A stretch of DNA of 64,000 nucleotides, taken from contig NC_087438.1 in assembly GCF_036321535.1 (NCBI RefSeq), positions 6,016,001 through 6,080,000 on the forward strand. Direction: 5' to 3'. Under the pieces are notes generated by a model, which was not told the origin of the DNA, did not search any database, and saw only the letters and a program-made list of their open reading frames with translations. The translations under genes and the position numbers were made by a program. This document shows, one piece after another, positions 53,441 to 64,000 of the stretch; positions within the stretch are counted from its first letter, which is position 1, and every line of letters begins with the position of its first letter. Source of the DNA: Camelus dromedarius. Taxonomy: Eukaryota.

Positions 53441-53806
53441 GCCTGCTACTAGTACACTCCCTTACGTTGGACGCCAAAGTTCATGAAATAAAGACAAGTT
53501 TTTAGAGTGAAAATGAATACAATGTTGAAAACATAAATTTTTTATTCACTAATAACCTTAAAAGGATAATTAGATAAAAGGTCTGTTTGGACAATATTAA
53601 GTTTCCTGAAAAATAATTTCATCTTATTATAGACAGAGAATGTTACTATATTAATTAATTATATTATAATATTAATATTTTTCTCTGCCTATAATAGATC
53701 TAGGTTCATAAACCTGCATCTAGGTTTATAAACTTAGCCATATAAAATTATGATTTAACAAATCATTCTTTTGGTAAATTTAAACTCTTCTTTTTCTTTT
53801 TTTTAG

Positions 53807-54070
53807 GAAAGTCAGACCTCAAGTGTCAATGCTGCCAGGAATGGTAATGAACTAAAGATGGTCCACAGCATCACTGAGTGAGACTAGCACACCCTTTTGT
53901 TAGCAGACTATTGGTCATATCCAGTAATAAGAAGGTTTATCACCAATGACTTTTAATACATTTGGACCATCAATAGTTTAATGTGTCAACTACCCTACCA
54001 AACTGATTTATTCCTAAAGTTGCACGTTTATTTATAAGATTTATTAAAATAGTCATACCTATCTATATGC
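53807..54070 (+). other. Candidate terminal exon
   Basis: Very strong acceptor ctcttctttttcttttttttag|G. In-phase stop TGA at 53879-53881. ATTAAA at 54043-54048 and AATAAA at 54165-54170 downstream; 3' end approximate. Confidence 0.4.
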
Positions 54071-55854
54071 AGGGCATAAAGTTTATAGTGATTGGACTAT
54101 TAAATAGTTATGAATTGTCAACAACTCGTAGAAATTAATTTTCTTTAATGGCCGTTGATTTCCCAATAAACAGCTTATTGTGCACTTCAGCATCTTAGTG
54201 AAATATGAAGTACTTAAAATGGGTATTCTGGTAGTGGCGGTAATAAGGTTTTCAGTAACAATATTGTAAATTTCTCCTGATTTGCTACGATTTTTCTCTC
54301 CACATGCTTCTGCCACAAATACTTTATTAACGCATTAAGTATGACATTAAAATAAAGTGACTTAAATCACTCAAAACAGTATTAGCCACTTAAGTTATTC
54401 ATCCCATTTCAAATATTTTATGCCAAGAGGAAAGTTAAATTAACACCCTGAAATTCATGAAATCCATGCCCAAGATGGTTTTTCATGGATTATACTGCAG
54501 ATAGCATGCTATTAACTTTGTGTCTTGTTTATTATGTGAATCTTGGAGTCTGAAGACTTTGAGGTGCTTATGGCTTAATTCGAAATCTACAACTCTTCTC
54601 AACATTTTCTTCTTAAATTAATGGAAAGAAACCTGAGAATTTTAATGTATGTGCTGCTGAAGTGAGCACAGAAATCTGGGGACCGTCTTGTCAATCTAGT
54701 TTGAGATTTTAGTGCTTTGATTTGATAGTGGGTTTACTACTGGAGCTATCAAATCCAAAGAATTCCTCTTGGACTGCCTTGCCAATAAGCAAGTCGTGTT
54801 TCACTAAATGCGCTTGCAAGTGGTTTTTGTTTGAATTGCATCCCATTCAGTCAATTAACAAGTATTGACTTAGCACCTGTCTGAGTGTCTGAGGCACAGC
54901 GTTCACATGTGAACTGTCTCTTCAGCTGCCAGCTCGCCGTCTTAGAGACTTTGCTCCTCTATTTGTCTGGGCCATTGTCATAAGCTTCACATCCAGGCTG
55001 ATCTAAAACTCCACCTCCTAATGCCTTTCCATATCCCTCTAGGGGTGGGGTGGGTGTCCTGCCTCTCCCAAACACCTCCATGCCTCACAACCTGTTAGTC
55101 TAGAGAGTTCCAGCATGCTACTCGTGTTCCTTAAATTACTCCTGAGCAAGTTCACCCAACTACATATTCATTTGCCTTTCTGAGGAGTTAATTTCATATA
55201 GTTTGAATCAATTGCATGTAAGAATCATCAGAAAGAATAGGAAATGGGGTTTTATTGTGGGATTTAGAACTGAGACCCTAGTGAAGTTCTGAGAATTATT
55301 ACAATAGTTTGTAAAATAGATACTAACGCTTAATCCAGTGTATTCTCATGATCTTCTTATAACATAATAGTACATGGAAACCAATGATTGTCTTGTCTAA
55401 GCTTTATATATTTCGACTCACTAGAAGCCAACAAGCTTGAGACAAGAGCTATATATTCTTATGGGGAAAAACTAGATTTTAAGTGCTGGACAATAACCTG
55501 TCATTTTCCCTGACTTCTTACCCAACTTTGTTTTTGTCACTTGTCATTTTGAATGAAGATATTTGACATTAATTACACTTCTGTGACCCTTGACTACTCT
55601 TGTTGGAAAAGCCAAGGACTTTAGAGAAAGAAAACGTACTGAGAAAATTCATGTGATCAGCTCATCTGTCTAGTGCTGCCATTTCAAGTCCTGGTCCCCT
55701 TGGGAAATTGTTACAAGGGGCTTCAATGTCGTTTCAATACAAGGATGCTGAAATACATCCCTCATTTCACAGCAAAGAGAAGAAATGACAAGAACTTGCT
55801 TGTACCTCTGTGGCTTCATGACACCTTCAACAGACCCCCAGTGGGGTGTCTTGC

Positions 55855-55995
55855 TGTGATTATTTGATTCAGAATCTGTCTCCCAAAGAAAGTTATAGTT
55901 TTCTTGAGGGAACCATGAAAAATCTACAAAGCCTCTCCAGTGTCAAGCATAATATTTGGTATATCAAAAGTGCTCAACACATGTCCACTGAGTAG
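55855..55995 (+). mobile_element. L2 3' end
   Basis: tctgtctccc...ttcttgagggaa...ctccagtgtcaagcataatatttggtatatc...gtgctcaacacatg. Confidence 0.65.
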
Positions 55996-56577
55996 AGAAA
56001 TATCATAGCTGCTAGTATGTAGTATGTACACCTGCTTTTAACTGATTTGTTAAATGTTGTTTCTAATTTAATTTAGGTACAGTTATTATTTCTGATTCAT
56101 TTAGGCTTGGCGCCAGTGTGCACTTTTATATTGATACCACGGAGCTGAGAACAAACGCTTTTCCTTTTTGTGTTTGTGCACAGCACTGCAGCTCAGCAGC
56201 CTCACACGCTCCAGGTCCCGTCCTGTGGCTGAAGGTCTTCAAAGAGGAGATACAGGCTGGATGTATTTTAGTGGAGCATTCTTACTGTCTTGATACTCTT
56301 GGCTTAGTCAGAAGCATCATTTGTCTTCTACGGTCTTTTAAATGTAAAGCTGAACATGCACTCTGGGAAAGTTCTCAATACTGCCTCACATTAACAGCTT
56401 TATTAATGTTGCACTACTTGTGCTTCTGCAATTAATATTATTTTGTCTTATGTGGTGTCCTTATAACATCTTACTAGATTCCATTTTTAAAGGTTTTTAA
56501 GGATTCTTGCATTTATATTCATAAATTGTTCTATAGTTTACTGTCCTGGGACACAAGGTCAGATTTTTAATTCTAGC

Positions 56578-56955
56578 TCATATTACTCAGAATAAGGCAG
56601 ACTATGTTGACGTGGTGAATAACCCCCTAGTCTCAGTAGCTTAACCAGGAAAGGTCTATTTTTAGCTGGTGGTATAGATGCAAAGCAGTTGAGCTGGGGG
56701 CTCTGCGCCATAAAATGACTCAGGAACTTTAATCTAAAACGTCACTCGTATCCATCATTTTCTGGCCACATCATCCAGAGCATGAGACCTTCCGGAGAGA
56801 AAGCATGGAGATCGCACGTGGGCTGAGGTCACGCCGGCCAAACGTCAGGCCCTGCAGCCCACAGGTTTGAGCTGGACAGGGGGCTCAGCGGCAGGCTGGG
56901 TCGTGTGGTCCTCCTTGTGCCTGAATGCGGAATTGGTAAGACACAGTAATACTTA
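56578..56955 (-). mobile_element. Old MaLR LTR (MLT1I/J-like)
   Basis: tattactcagaataaggcagactatgttg...tctcagtagcttaacc...gactcaggaac...ggctgggtcgtgtggtcctccttgtgcc. Confidence 0.7.
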
Positions 56956-57007
56956 ACACGTTTCTACGTTTGTTACGCTCTGGATGATTTGCAATAATTT
57001 ATAGCAG

Positions 57008-57100
57008 CTACGTCCTAGGATTTCTGGTAGGGTTAAATATGTTAATACGTGTAATGCAAATAGAGGTAGGCAAATAGTAAGCACTAAAAGCTGTCTGCTT
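57008..57100 (+). mobile_element. MIR 3' fragment
   Basis: ctacgtcctaggatttctggtagggttaaatatgttaatacgtgtaatgc...ggcaaatagtaagcactaaaa. Confidence 0.7.
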
Positions 57101-57119
57101 GTGTAATGATTATACAAGT

Positions 57120-57315
57120 TAGGAGTAACAGCGGTGGTCAAAATGCTGGCAACAGTCACGTGTGCAGTAGTAGCAGAAGTAGCCATGTTGGCCCCAGCTG
57201 TAGCGCAGGAGTGGTAGTGGCACCAGTAACAGCGGGGATGGCAGGAGCAAGGGCAGCAGCAGAACTGGGTCCAGCAGTACTAGTACCAGTGCTAGCATCA
57301 GAGGCAGCGGCCGCG
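57120..57315. repeat. Degenerate (GTA/GCA)n triplet repeat
   Basis: gcagtagtagcagaagtagc...gtggtagtggcaccagtaacagc...gcagcagcag...gcagtactagtaccagtgctagcatca. Confidence 0.7.
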
Positions 57316-57322
57316 TGGATTA

Positions 57323-57816
57323 CAGGCAGACCTCGAGGACACTGCAGGTTTGCTTCCAGGCCGTCGTGATACAGCGACTCTCCCAGTAAAGCCAGTCACA
57401 GGAACTTTTTGGTTCCCCGGTGCATGTAAAAGTTATGTTTACACGATACCGTCACCTATGAAGTCTGCAATAGCATTGTATCCAAAAAGACAACCTTAAT
57501 TTATAAATACTTTAAAACACCTACTTTAGTTTAAAAATACTTTATTGCGTTAAAAAAAAAAAAAAAACCCGCTAACCATCACCCATGAGTCATAGTAGTA
57601 ACATCAAGGGTCACTGATCCCAGATCACCGTAAGGATATTCTAACAACGGACACTTGACATATTGTGAGAACCACCAAAATGGGACAGAGGCACGAGGTG
57701 AGCAAATGCTGTTAGGAAAACGGTGCCAATGGACTTGCTCAACTACAGGGTTGCCGCAAATTCTGGATGTGTAGAAAGCTTCATGAAGCGAAGTGCAGTA
57801 AAACGAGGTGCGCCTG
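57323..57816. mobile_element. Internally deleted Tigger1 derivative (Tigger1a-like MITE)
   Basis: TIRs caggcagacctcg and cgaggtgcgcctg, TA on the left and TG on the right. Internal Tigger1 motifs gtgcatgtaaaagttatgtttacac, aacatcaagggtcactgat and gtgagcaaatgctgtt. Confidence 0.92.
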
Positions 57817-58149
57817 TGAAGTGCGGGCTGGGCTGGGAGGCGCGGTGGCCGCAGTGGCGGCGGTGGTTAGTGACAGCGGCACTCCGGGTCCGCGGGTGCC
57901 CGGGAAAGCTCAGACACTGCCGTGTACAGAGACTGCCTTTCCCGCACTTACCACTCGGATTTCACATTCCATTTTAATTTAATTTGTTTATTGTTCTGTT
58001 CATAATTCCATTAGACGTTTAGGTAATCATTAGCATTTTTACTTTTATTTGCAAAAATGAAGAAACAAATATTCATTCTACTATGACTGCACCTTATATG
58101 TTCACAGGACTGTTTCCGTCTCCTCTGGGTCGGTTAGATTCCTGGATAC

Positions 58150-58330
58150 TGGAAGGAGATTTTCTGACCTTTGGTGCTGCCTCTACCACTCGAGTTTTCT
58201 CTGTTTCTTCAACTATAAAATGTGAATCATAATAGCACTGACCTTGTAGAATTGTTTCAAGGACTAAATGAGTTAATATATGGGACAGTGGCAAGCCTAA
58301 AGCAATTGCTCACCGAGAATTAGCTCTCGC
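58150..58330 (+). mobile_element. MIR
   Basis: ctgtttcttcaactataaaatgtgaatcataatagcactgaccttgtagaattgtttcaaggactaaatgagttaatata. Confidence 0.85.
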
Positions 58331-58359
58331 TGTTACATAAGTGGTGTCTCCTTTCCTGT

Positions 58360-60630
58360 GCCATTTATTCGCATCTGCTCTCCTTTTCTCTTCATCAGAC
58401 TTGTCAAAGATTTCTGTCTTTGACCTAGTTGATTGCTTTTAGTTTCTGGCTATTTTATTTTGTAATTCATTTTCTTCTGCTGTCTTTGGCATTTTAAAAT
58501 TGTTTTTGCCAATTTGATTTTGCCAATTATAGTTGTGTAATTAGTGAATTTAATTTCAGTGTTTGTTTTATTATATACCTTTAGATTAATGCTCTTTTTC
58601 TAATAGTTTGCTTTGTATTTCCTTAAGGACCAGTAATGTATAGTACCTTTTCATGTCCTTGTTGGCTATTTATACATCTTCTTTGTAATGTCTGTTTAAA
58701 AATTTTGCTGACTTTTATTAGGTTTTCTTATTATTGACAAGTAACAGTTTTTACTTATGTATTATATTATGTATTTTATATAATTGAGGTATATATTCTA
58801 GATGCTACAAATATTTTCTCCTAGTTTGTGACTCGTCTTTTCATTTTATGATAGCTTTAGAAGTGTCCACATTTTTAAATTTACATTTCTTTTACCATTT
58901 CTGATTTTTGCATTCTCAGAAACTTTTGCATGCTCCAGGTCACAATGATTTTCTTCTACGTTTTCTTCTCGAAGTCTCACGATTGTAGATTTTACACTTA
59001 GATTTCTGTCTGCTGTGAGACAGACCCTGTTCTTCTGTCCCCTCACCACACAGAGGGACATTCTACTGCTCTGACACCATTTCTTGAAAATATTATGTCT
59101 ATATCTGTTATTTTACTGTCTGTTTTCTTTCGATCTCACCAATTTGATGTATTTTTTGTTTCCTCTATTATTTTCTTTTGGATTAATTCATTGATTATCA
59201 TTATCTGCTTTTTAATTTCACATTCTTTTACCATACATTCAGGAGCTGCTTTAGAGATTACAACATACCTCAATGTTTATTTTATCCTCAAATGAATTAT
59301 TTCATCTGTCTCCTTATACAGTACTAATACTTGAGGATACTCTAACTTCATTTGTGTCAATAACTTTTAAATATTTTATTGTTATTGTGCTTGCCTATTT
59401 TATATTTACATATATTTTATATGCTACATGATTGTATTATTATTGCTTTCTGATGTTAATATTCATTTATATTTACCAATATATTTATTATTTCTATTGT
59501 CCTTGATTCTATCCTAATTTCCTTTTTCACTCTGGTGAGAAAACTACCTTTAATATTTCCTTTAGTGAGTATCTGCAGGTGATAATTCTATTTTTATTTG
59601 CTTTGTCCTGGTTTATTTTACCTGTGCATTTGTAGGATATTTTCACTTAGTATGAGGAATTTTATATTGGAAATTATTTCCTTTCAGCCTTGAATAATAT
59701 CATTTTGCTTTCTTCTGCCTTCCACTGCATTTGCTGACAGTAGCAGCTATCAGTCTTATCCTTGCTCCTAGGAAGGTGATGTGTATTTTTGTTTCTGTCT
59801 GCTTTTTTTTATTTTTCCACATTTTTACCAGGACTTATCTAGGTGTCATCATTTTGTTTTTAAGCTGTTTGCATTTACTAAACTTCTTGAATCTGTAGAG
59901 TGATTCTTTTATTGATTTGGGGCAATTATCAGATTTCTCAGTCTCTCTCCTTTTCTTCTGAGATTCAGCTTATACTTAACTTTTGACTAAGAACTTTTGA
60001 CTAAGCCCCCCATTTTGAAGCTCATGATATTATCTTACTCCAGAGAAGATTCACCCTATCCCACAGTAGACAGCTGGAGGGGAGCAAATCCTTTTATTCC
60101 ACTGCAGGTCTGACTCAATTGTGGGCTGAAATTTTGAAACTTCTGCCTTCACCTGATTCACCACTGCTACTGCTGCACCCCTCTCCAGTCACCAACCTTA
60201 GAGGCTACTGTTTCTCCAGGTTCCAAATACCTCAGCTCAGCTCCAGTTTCTTTCCATCTCCTCTACATTAGAAATCAACTGAAAATTGTACTCTGATGTT
60301 CAGGTTTTATTGGCTTAATTCTCCACTCTTCACCTATGCAGTTTAAGATTTTTGCAAATGCTTATGGGGCATGTAACAACATGAAAAGTCACTGCTTAGC
60401 CCTCATCTTTTCTCCAGGATGTTAACGTCTTGAACTGATTGTCTACCATTTTGGTTCCAGTTATGCCTTTGGCATAAAATCCTAGAAGAGCAATCACTGG
60501 GTAGAAAGTCTGAACATTAGTAAAACTTACGTGTCATAACATTAATAAAACTTTTGATATATGTTGCTAAATTGCCTTTCACAGAGATTGAATCAATTCA
60601 CTCTCTTACCAAGGTGTATGGCATACAGTA
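58360..60630 (-). mobile_element. Cluster of old antisense L1 fragments
   Basis: ttttcatgtccttgttggctatttatacatcttcttt; aaatattttctcctagtttgtgactcgtcttttc; tttaatatttcctttagtg; gatatatgttgctaaattgcctt. Confidence 0.75.
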
Positions 60631-61064
60631 TATTTACTTGTGAAATGATTATTTTCTGTAGTCTCTGGCACCAATAGAGGCAATAAATAAAGATGAAAGA
60701 AATTGAAGGAGTGGTTTTATGTGTAAGAAAATCCTCCCATAATTAAGAGGGGGAATGTAGTGGCAGAGAATTCTTTTTAGCTTAATAAGAGAAGATAAAC
60801 TAATGGCTTTTCCTTGATGAATTACAAGCATCATATAGAGATCACCATAAATTTAGCATTAGATGGTGTATCAAAGACTAATGTGACAGAGAACTTACAA
60901 TTTCACTCTTATCATTTGGCTGTGAGAAGGGAAGTCTGTGCTTTTGCCTTCTACTGGTTTGAGTGTATTTTTCATCAAGGTATAAATAATAGTTTATGTG
61001 TTTTTATAGATTCTAAATGATTTGAGGTTTAAGACTCAATCAATTCTCTTCCAGTAACTCTTGG

Positions 61065-61154
61065 TGCACTATGGGTACTTAATAAAAGTATGTTGAATGA
61101 ATATTTCTTGCACTATGGGTACTTAATAAAAGTATGTTGAATGAATATTTCTTG
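61065..61154. repeat. Perfect 44-bp tandem duplication of an L2 tail
   Basis: tgcactatgggtacttaataaaagtatgttgaatgaatatttct occurs twice (61065-61108, 61109-61152), followed by TG. Confidence 0.97.
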
Positions 61155-62539
61155 AAGGATGCAAACTTTAGCAACATCAGCAAAATTTTTAACCCAAAAT
61201 GTGTCATTATAATTGCCTTTTTCCTCTCTTGAGGAATCTAATAGATTCCTCTCTGTTGGTCAAAAAATATCATTGGAGCATCTAAAACACAGAGAGACCT
61301 GGACTAGTCAGCATAGATCATAGTGATTAAAGAGACTCAGACAATTCATTATCTTAATTATCTTGTTAAACATATTCTCCTACACAATTTCAGAATATTA
61401 TCTTGCTAGTACCACTAGTATCCAAATAAGAAGAAATTGCTGTTTTTATAGTATTAGAACTAAGGCTTAAAAAGAAGCTCTGGCAATCTTTCATGATCCA
61501 TGCCCTAGGGCTCCCAGGGTCTCTAAAGTGTGGGCGTGTGGGAGCCTGGGAACGAGCTGTGACTCCTGCAACCTGGAGGAAAGGACTCAGCTCATGCACA
61601 CACATGACAGCGTTGTAGGGAGTCTGCAAATCTGTTTACAACTGCGTCACTCACATCTCTCAGTCAAGGTTCTCCGTGTACCATAGTGAAGCCCTCATGG
61701 CCCTGTTCACTCTGACGGATTAAATGTGTCTGCAGAGCTTTGGGCACATCCTCACAGTCTCTCCAAGCACACGCTTTATGGAGCAATGGAGCCCAAAGTA
61801 TTGATGAAACTATTAGTCAAAGTGTCACTCCTTAACACTTTCAAATTACAGCATTTAATAGTCTCGTGACAGTCATGGTTTCAGAGGACCTCAACTTCAC
61901 TTTTTTCTTTACTTGATTAAAAACTCCCTCAAATTCTCAAAAGCTTAAAGTCCTAAGAGACAAAGTTTCTTCCAAAACATAGGCATTTTGTAGAATTAAA
62001 ATGAAAAATGTCAGGTAAGCATCTCAGCAACACTGGGGAACGACTGTTTCTGTATCATTGACTGGGTCCCCATTTAGTCCTTTGTTAAGTACAAACAGAG
62101 TTTTAATTGGAAAATAGTTTCCTGCATAAGATTAAAAAGCAACGTGGTGCACGTCTAAAAAGAGTATTATTTGAACCCATTATATGCATAGCTGTGAGCT
62201 GTCAAGAGCTTACAAAATAGAAATAAAAGGAATGTGCATGCTGTAGTGTAGAAAAACAATGTTGACAAGAATATTATTTCAATATATTCTGTTTCTCAGA
62301 GAATACATTGACCGAAATGACTGAAATTTGTTAATTATGTGTTAGTAAATGCATTATCTTTCATTAATTTTAATTATGTACAGTGTACATATTTTGTGTA
62401 TAAACTTTATTCATTTAATTTTTAATATGAAGTCAGTGTATCACTACTAATAGATACTTGGAACAGATCTATAAAGGTTATTTCATTCACTTTTCATTTT
62501 GCCTTATCTTTTATTCATTCATTTATTTAAGCTATGTGT

Positions 62540-63110
62540 ATTTTAACTCTTTTCTGAACCATTTGAGAATATATTTTTAATATCACGTCCCTCTCTCTGA
62601 CTGCTTAAGTATGTTTTTCATAAGAACTATATGTTCTCAGACATAACCACAGTACAGTTATCAACTTTTAAAAAATGTAATAGTAACATGATAATTTCAT
62701 CTCATCTTCATCCATATTCTAATTCCTTCATTTGGCCCAAAGGTGTCTCTTTCGTGTTCTGTTTTTCTCTGACACAGTTCTGGTCTAGGGTTACATCTTG
62801 CTTTTGTCATTCCTGTTTGGCTCCTACTTTAGTCCTTCAGGCTGTCCTTGTCTTTTGACTCATCTTGAGTACATGACAGATATTCTATAAAATTTTCCTC
62901 AATTTGAGTTTGCCTGATCTGTCCCCATGGCCTGACTCAGTTTACACGTGGCCAGCTGGCTCAGACATGATGACACGCTCACAGGATGATGACCACCGCT
63001 CCTACTGGTGATCTGAATTTTGACCATCTGGGTGGTCTCTGTTTTCTTCAATCTATGCTGACTGTTTTTTTCCCTTACACCTTTCACAGTGAGAGCTCTG
63101 GTTTCTAGTA
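62540..63110 (-). mobile_element. L1MC4/5-like 3' UTR
   Basis: ttctgaaccatttgagaat...cataaccacagtacagttatcaa...catattctaattcc...ctcaatttgagtttgcctgat...ctggtgatctgaattttgaccatctggg. Confidence 0.8.
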
Positions 63111-63444
63111 ACATCACAGTTAGACTCATTTGCTCAATTCTACAATATGCACAAAATAATTTCAGAATCCCTAGTACCTGTAAACTACAAAAAGCAAACC
63201 TGGTAATAAGAGGGAAGGTTTGTTTGTATGTGATTCAGGTGGTGAGAAATCTTGGTTACTGTATGTTGGGTCACATTTTACATGATTATGATAATCTCTC
63301 TTAGTTAAAAACTACTGCCACAGGCTTGAATGGTATAGATTAGACGCACGAACTTCCTTTACCTCTCATTTTTATCACCTATTTTTAGAGTATTTCATCT
63401 CATTGCACTGTGTACAGCACATCAGTGTGTGTTTGTACACTGAT

Positions 63445-63925
63445 GAGTCAGTTGGCTACCTCTGTGTAACCACTTAAAACAGGAACCATTGATTTGGCTC
63501 ATGATTCTGTGGGCTCAGACTGGTGGTTCTGCTGACTTTGCTGGACTGGCTCACACATCTGTGCTCTCCTGGGGAGGGGGCTGGGTGCTGGCTGGTCCAG
63601 GTGATCTCATTTGGGTACTTGATATTTGTCTGGCTGTGGGTCAGGGCAATACGGGGTGGCTGGGGCGTGTGTTCTTACCATGCAGCTCTGCAGACAGAGG
63701 CTCTTCCCCTGGAAGTAACGGCTTCCAACAGCGTGAGCAGAGTGTATGAGACCTCTTGAGTTCTGAGTTTGGAACTGATTCGTCTTCGTTCTACCACATT
63801 TTATTAGCCAAAGCATGATATACGGCCCAGGCAGACTTCAGGGCTGGAGAAGTACACCCCCTGAAGAAAGATGTGGAAAGCTACAGTGCAAAGTGGGGAT
63901 ACAGAGAGAAGTGGAGAATGTTCCA
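63445..63925 (-). mobile_element. MaLR solo LTR (MLT1H-like)
   Basis: tttggctcatgattctgtggg...ctggctcacacatctg...ctaccacattttattagccaaagca...ggcccaggcagacttcaggg...gcaaagtggggatacagagaga. Confidence 0.85.
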
Positions 63926-64000
63926 GTCCCCTGCAGGTTCCTTATGTATTTTGGGGAAAAGAGTGGCTTGAAATAAAATCAAACAAAAACAAAAAGAAAA

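Noticed and set aside
54901..54914. Perfect 14-bp palindrome GTTCACATGTGAAC
   Set aside because: A few such palindromes are expected by chance in 64 kb; no supporting context.
57106..57369. Ala/Val/Ser-rich 87-aa ORF
   Set aside because: Translation of a degenerate triplet repeat running into a Tigger element.
57820..57905. Possible CpG-island promoter
   Set aside because: Under 100 bp and embedded among repeats; better explained by local GC-biased substitution.
59978..60005. 14-bp direct duplication aacttttgactaag; similar short duplications at 5312-5348 and 19242-19269
   Set aside because: Ordinary slippage duplications with no spacers or array structure; not CRISPR-like.
61983..62020. 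Strong donor CAG|GTAAGC at 62014/62015
   Set aside because: No convincing acceptor or exon upstream; isolated consensus match.

Overview
This is mammalian nuclear DNA, AT-rich and intronic or intergenic in character, and no known protein-coding gene is recognisable. The window is dense in ancient interspersed repeats: L2, MIR, old L1, MaLR/ERVL LTRs and hAT/Tigger MITEs. It also carries a few younger insertions: a 5'-inverted L1, two ERV1-type solo LTRs and one further solo LTR. The young L1 3' UTR and a short Tigger1 derivative look artiodactyl, and I saw no pig, ruminant or whale SINEs, which suggests a camelid (inference). Best leads: (1) a chain of + strand splice-bounded candidate exons, three of which join in phase into a 98-aa ORF I do not recognise; (2) a roughly 1 kb tract at 56.8-57.95 kb with a strong AT-to-GC substitution bias, suggesting GC-biased gene conversion; (3) a twin-primed L1 and several nested insertions with target-site duplications (TSDs). 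I found no convincing new biological system. Repeat subfamily names come from recalled consensus sequences and need RepeatMasker/Dfam confirmation.
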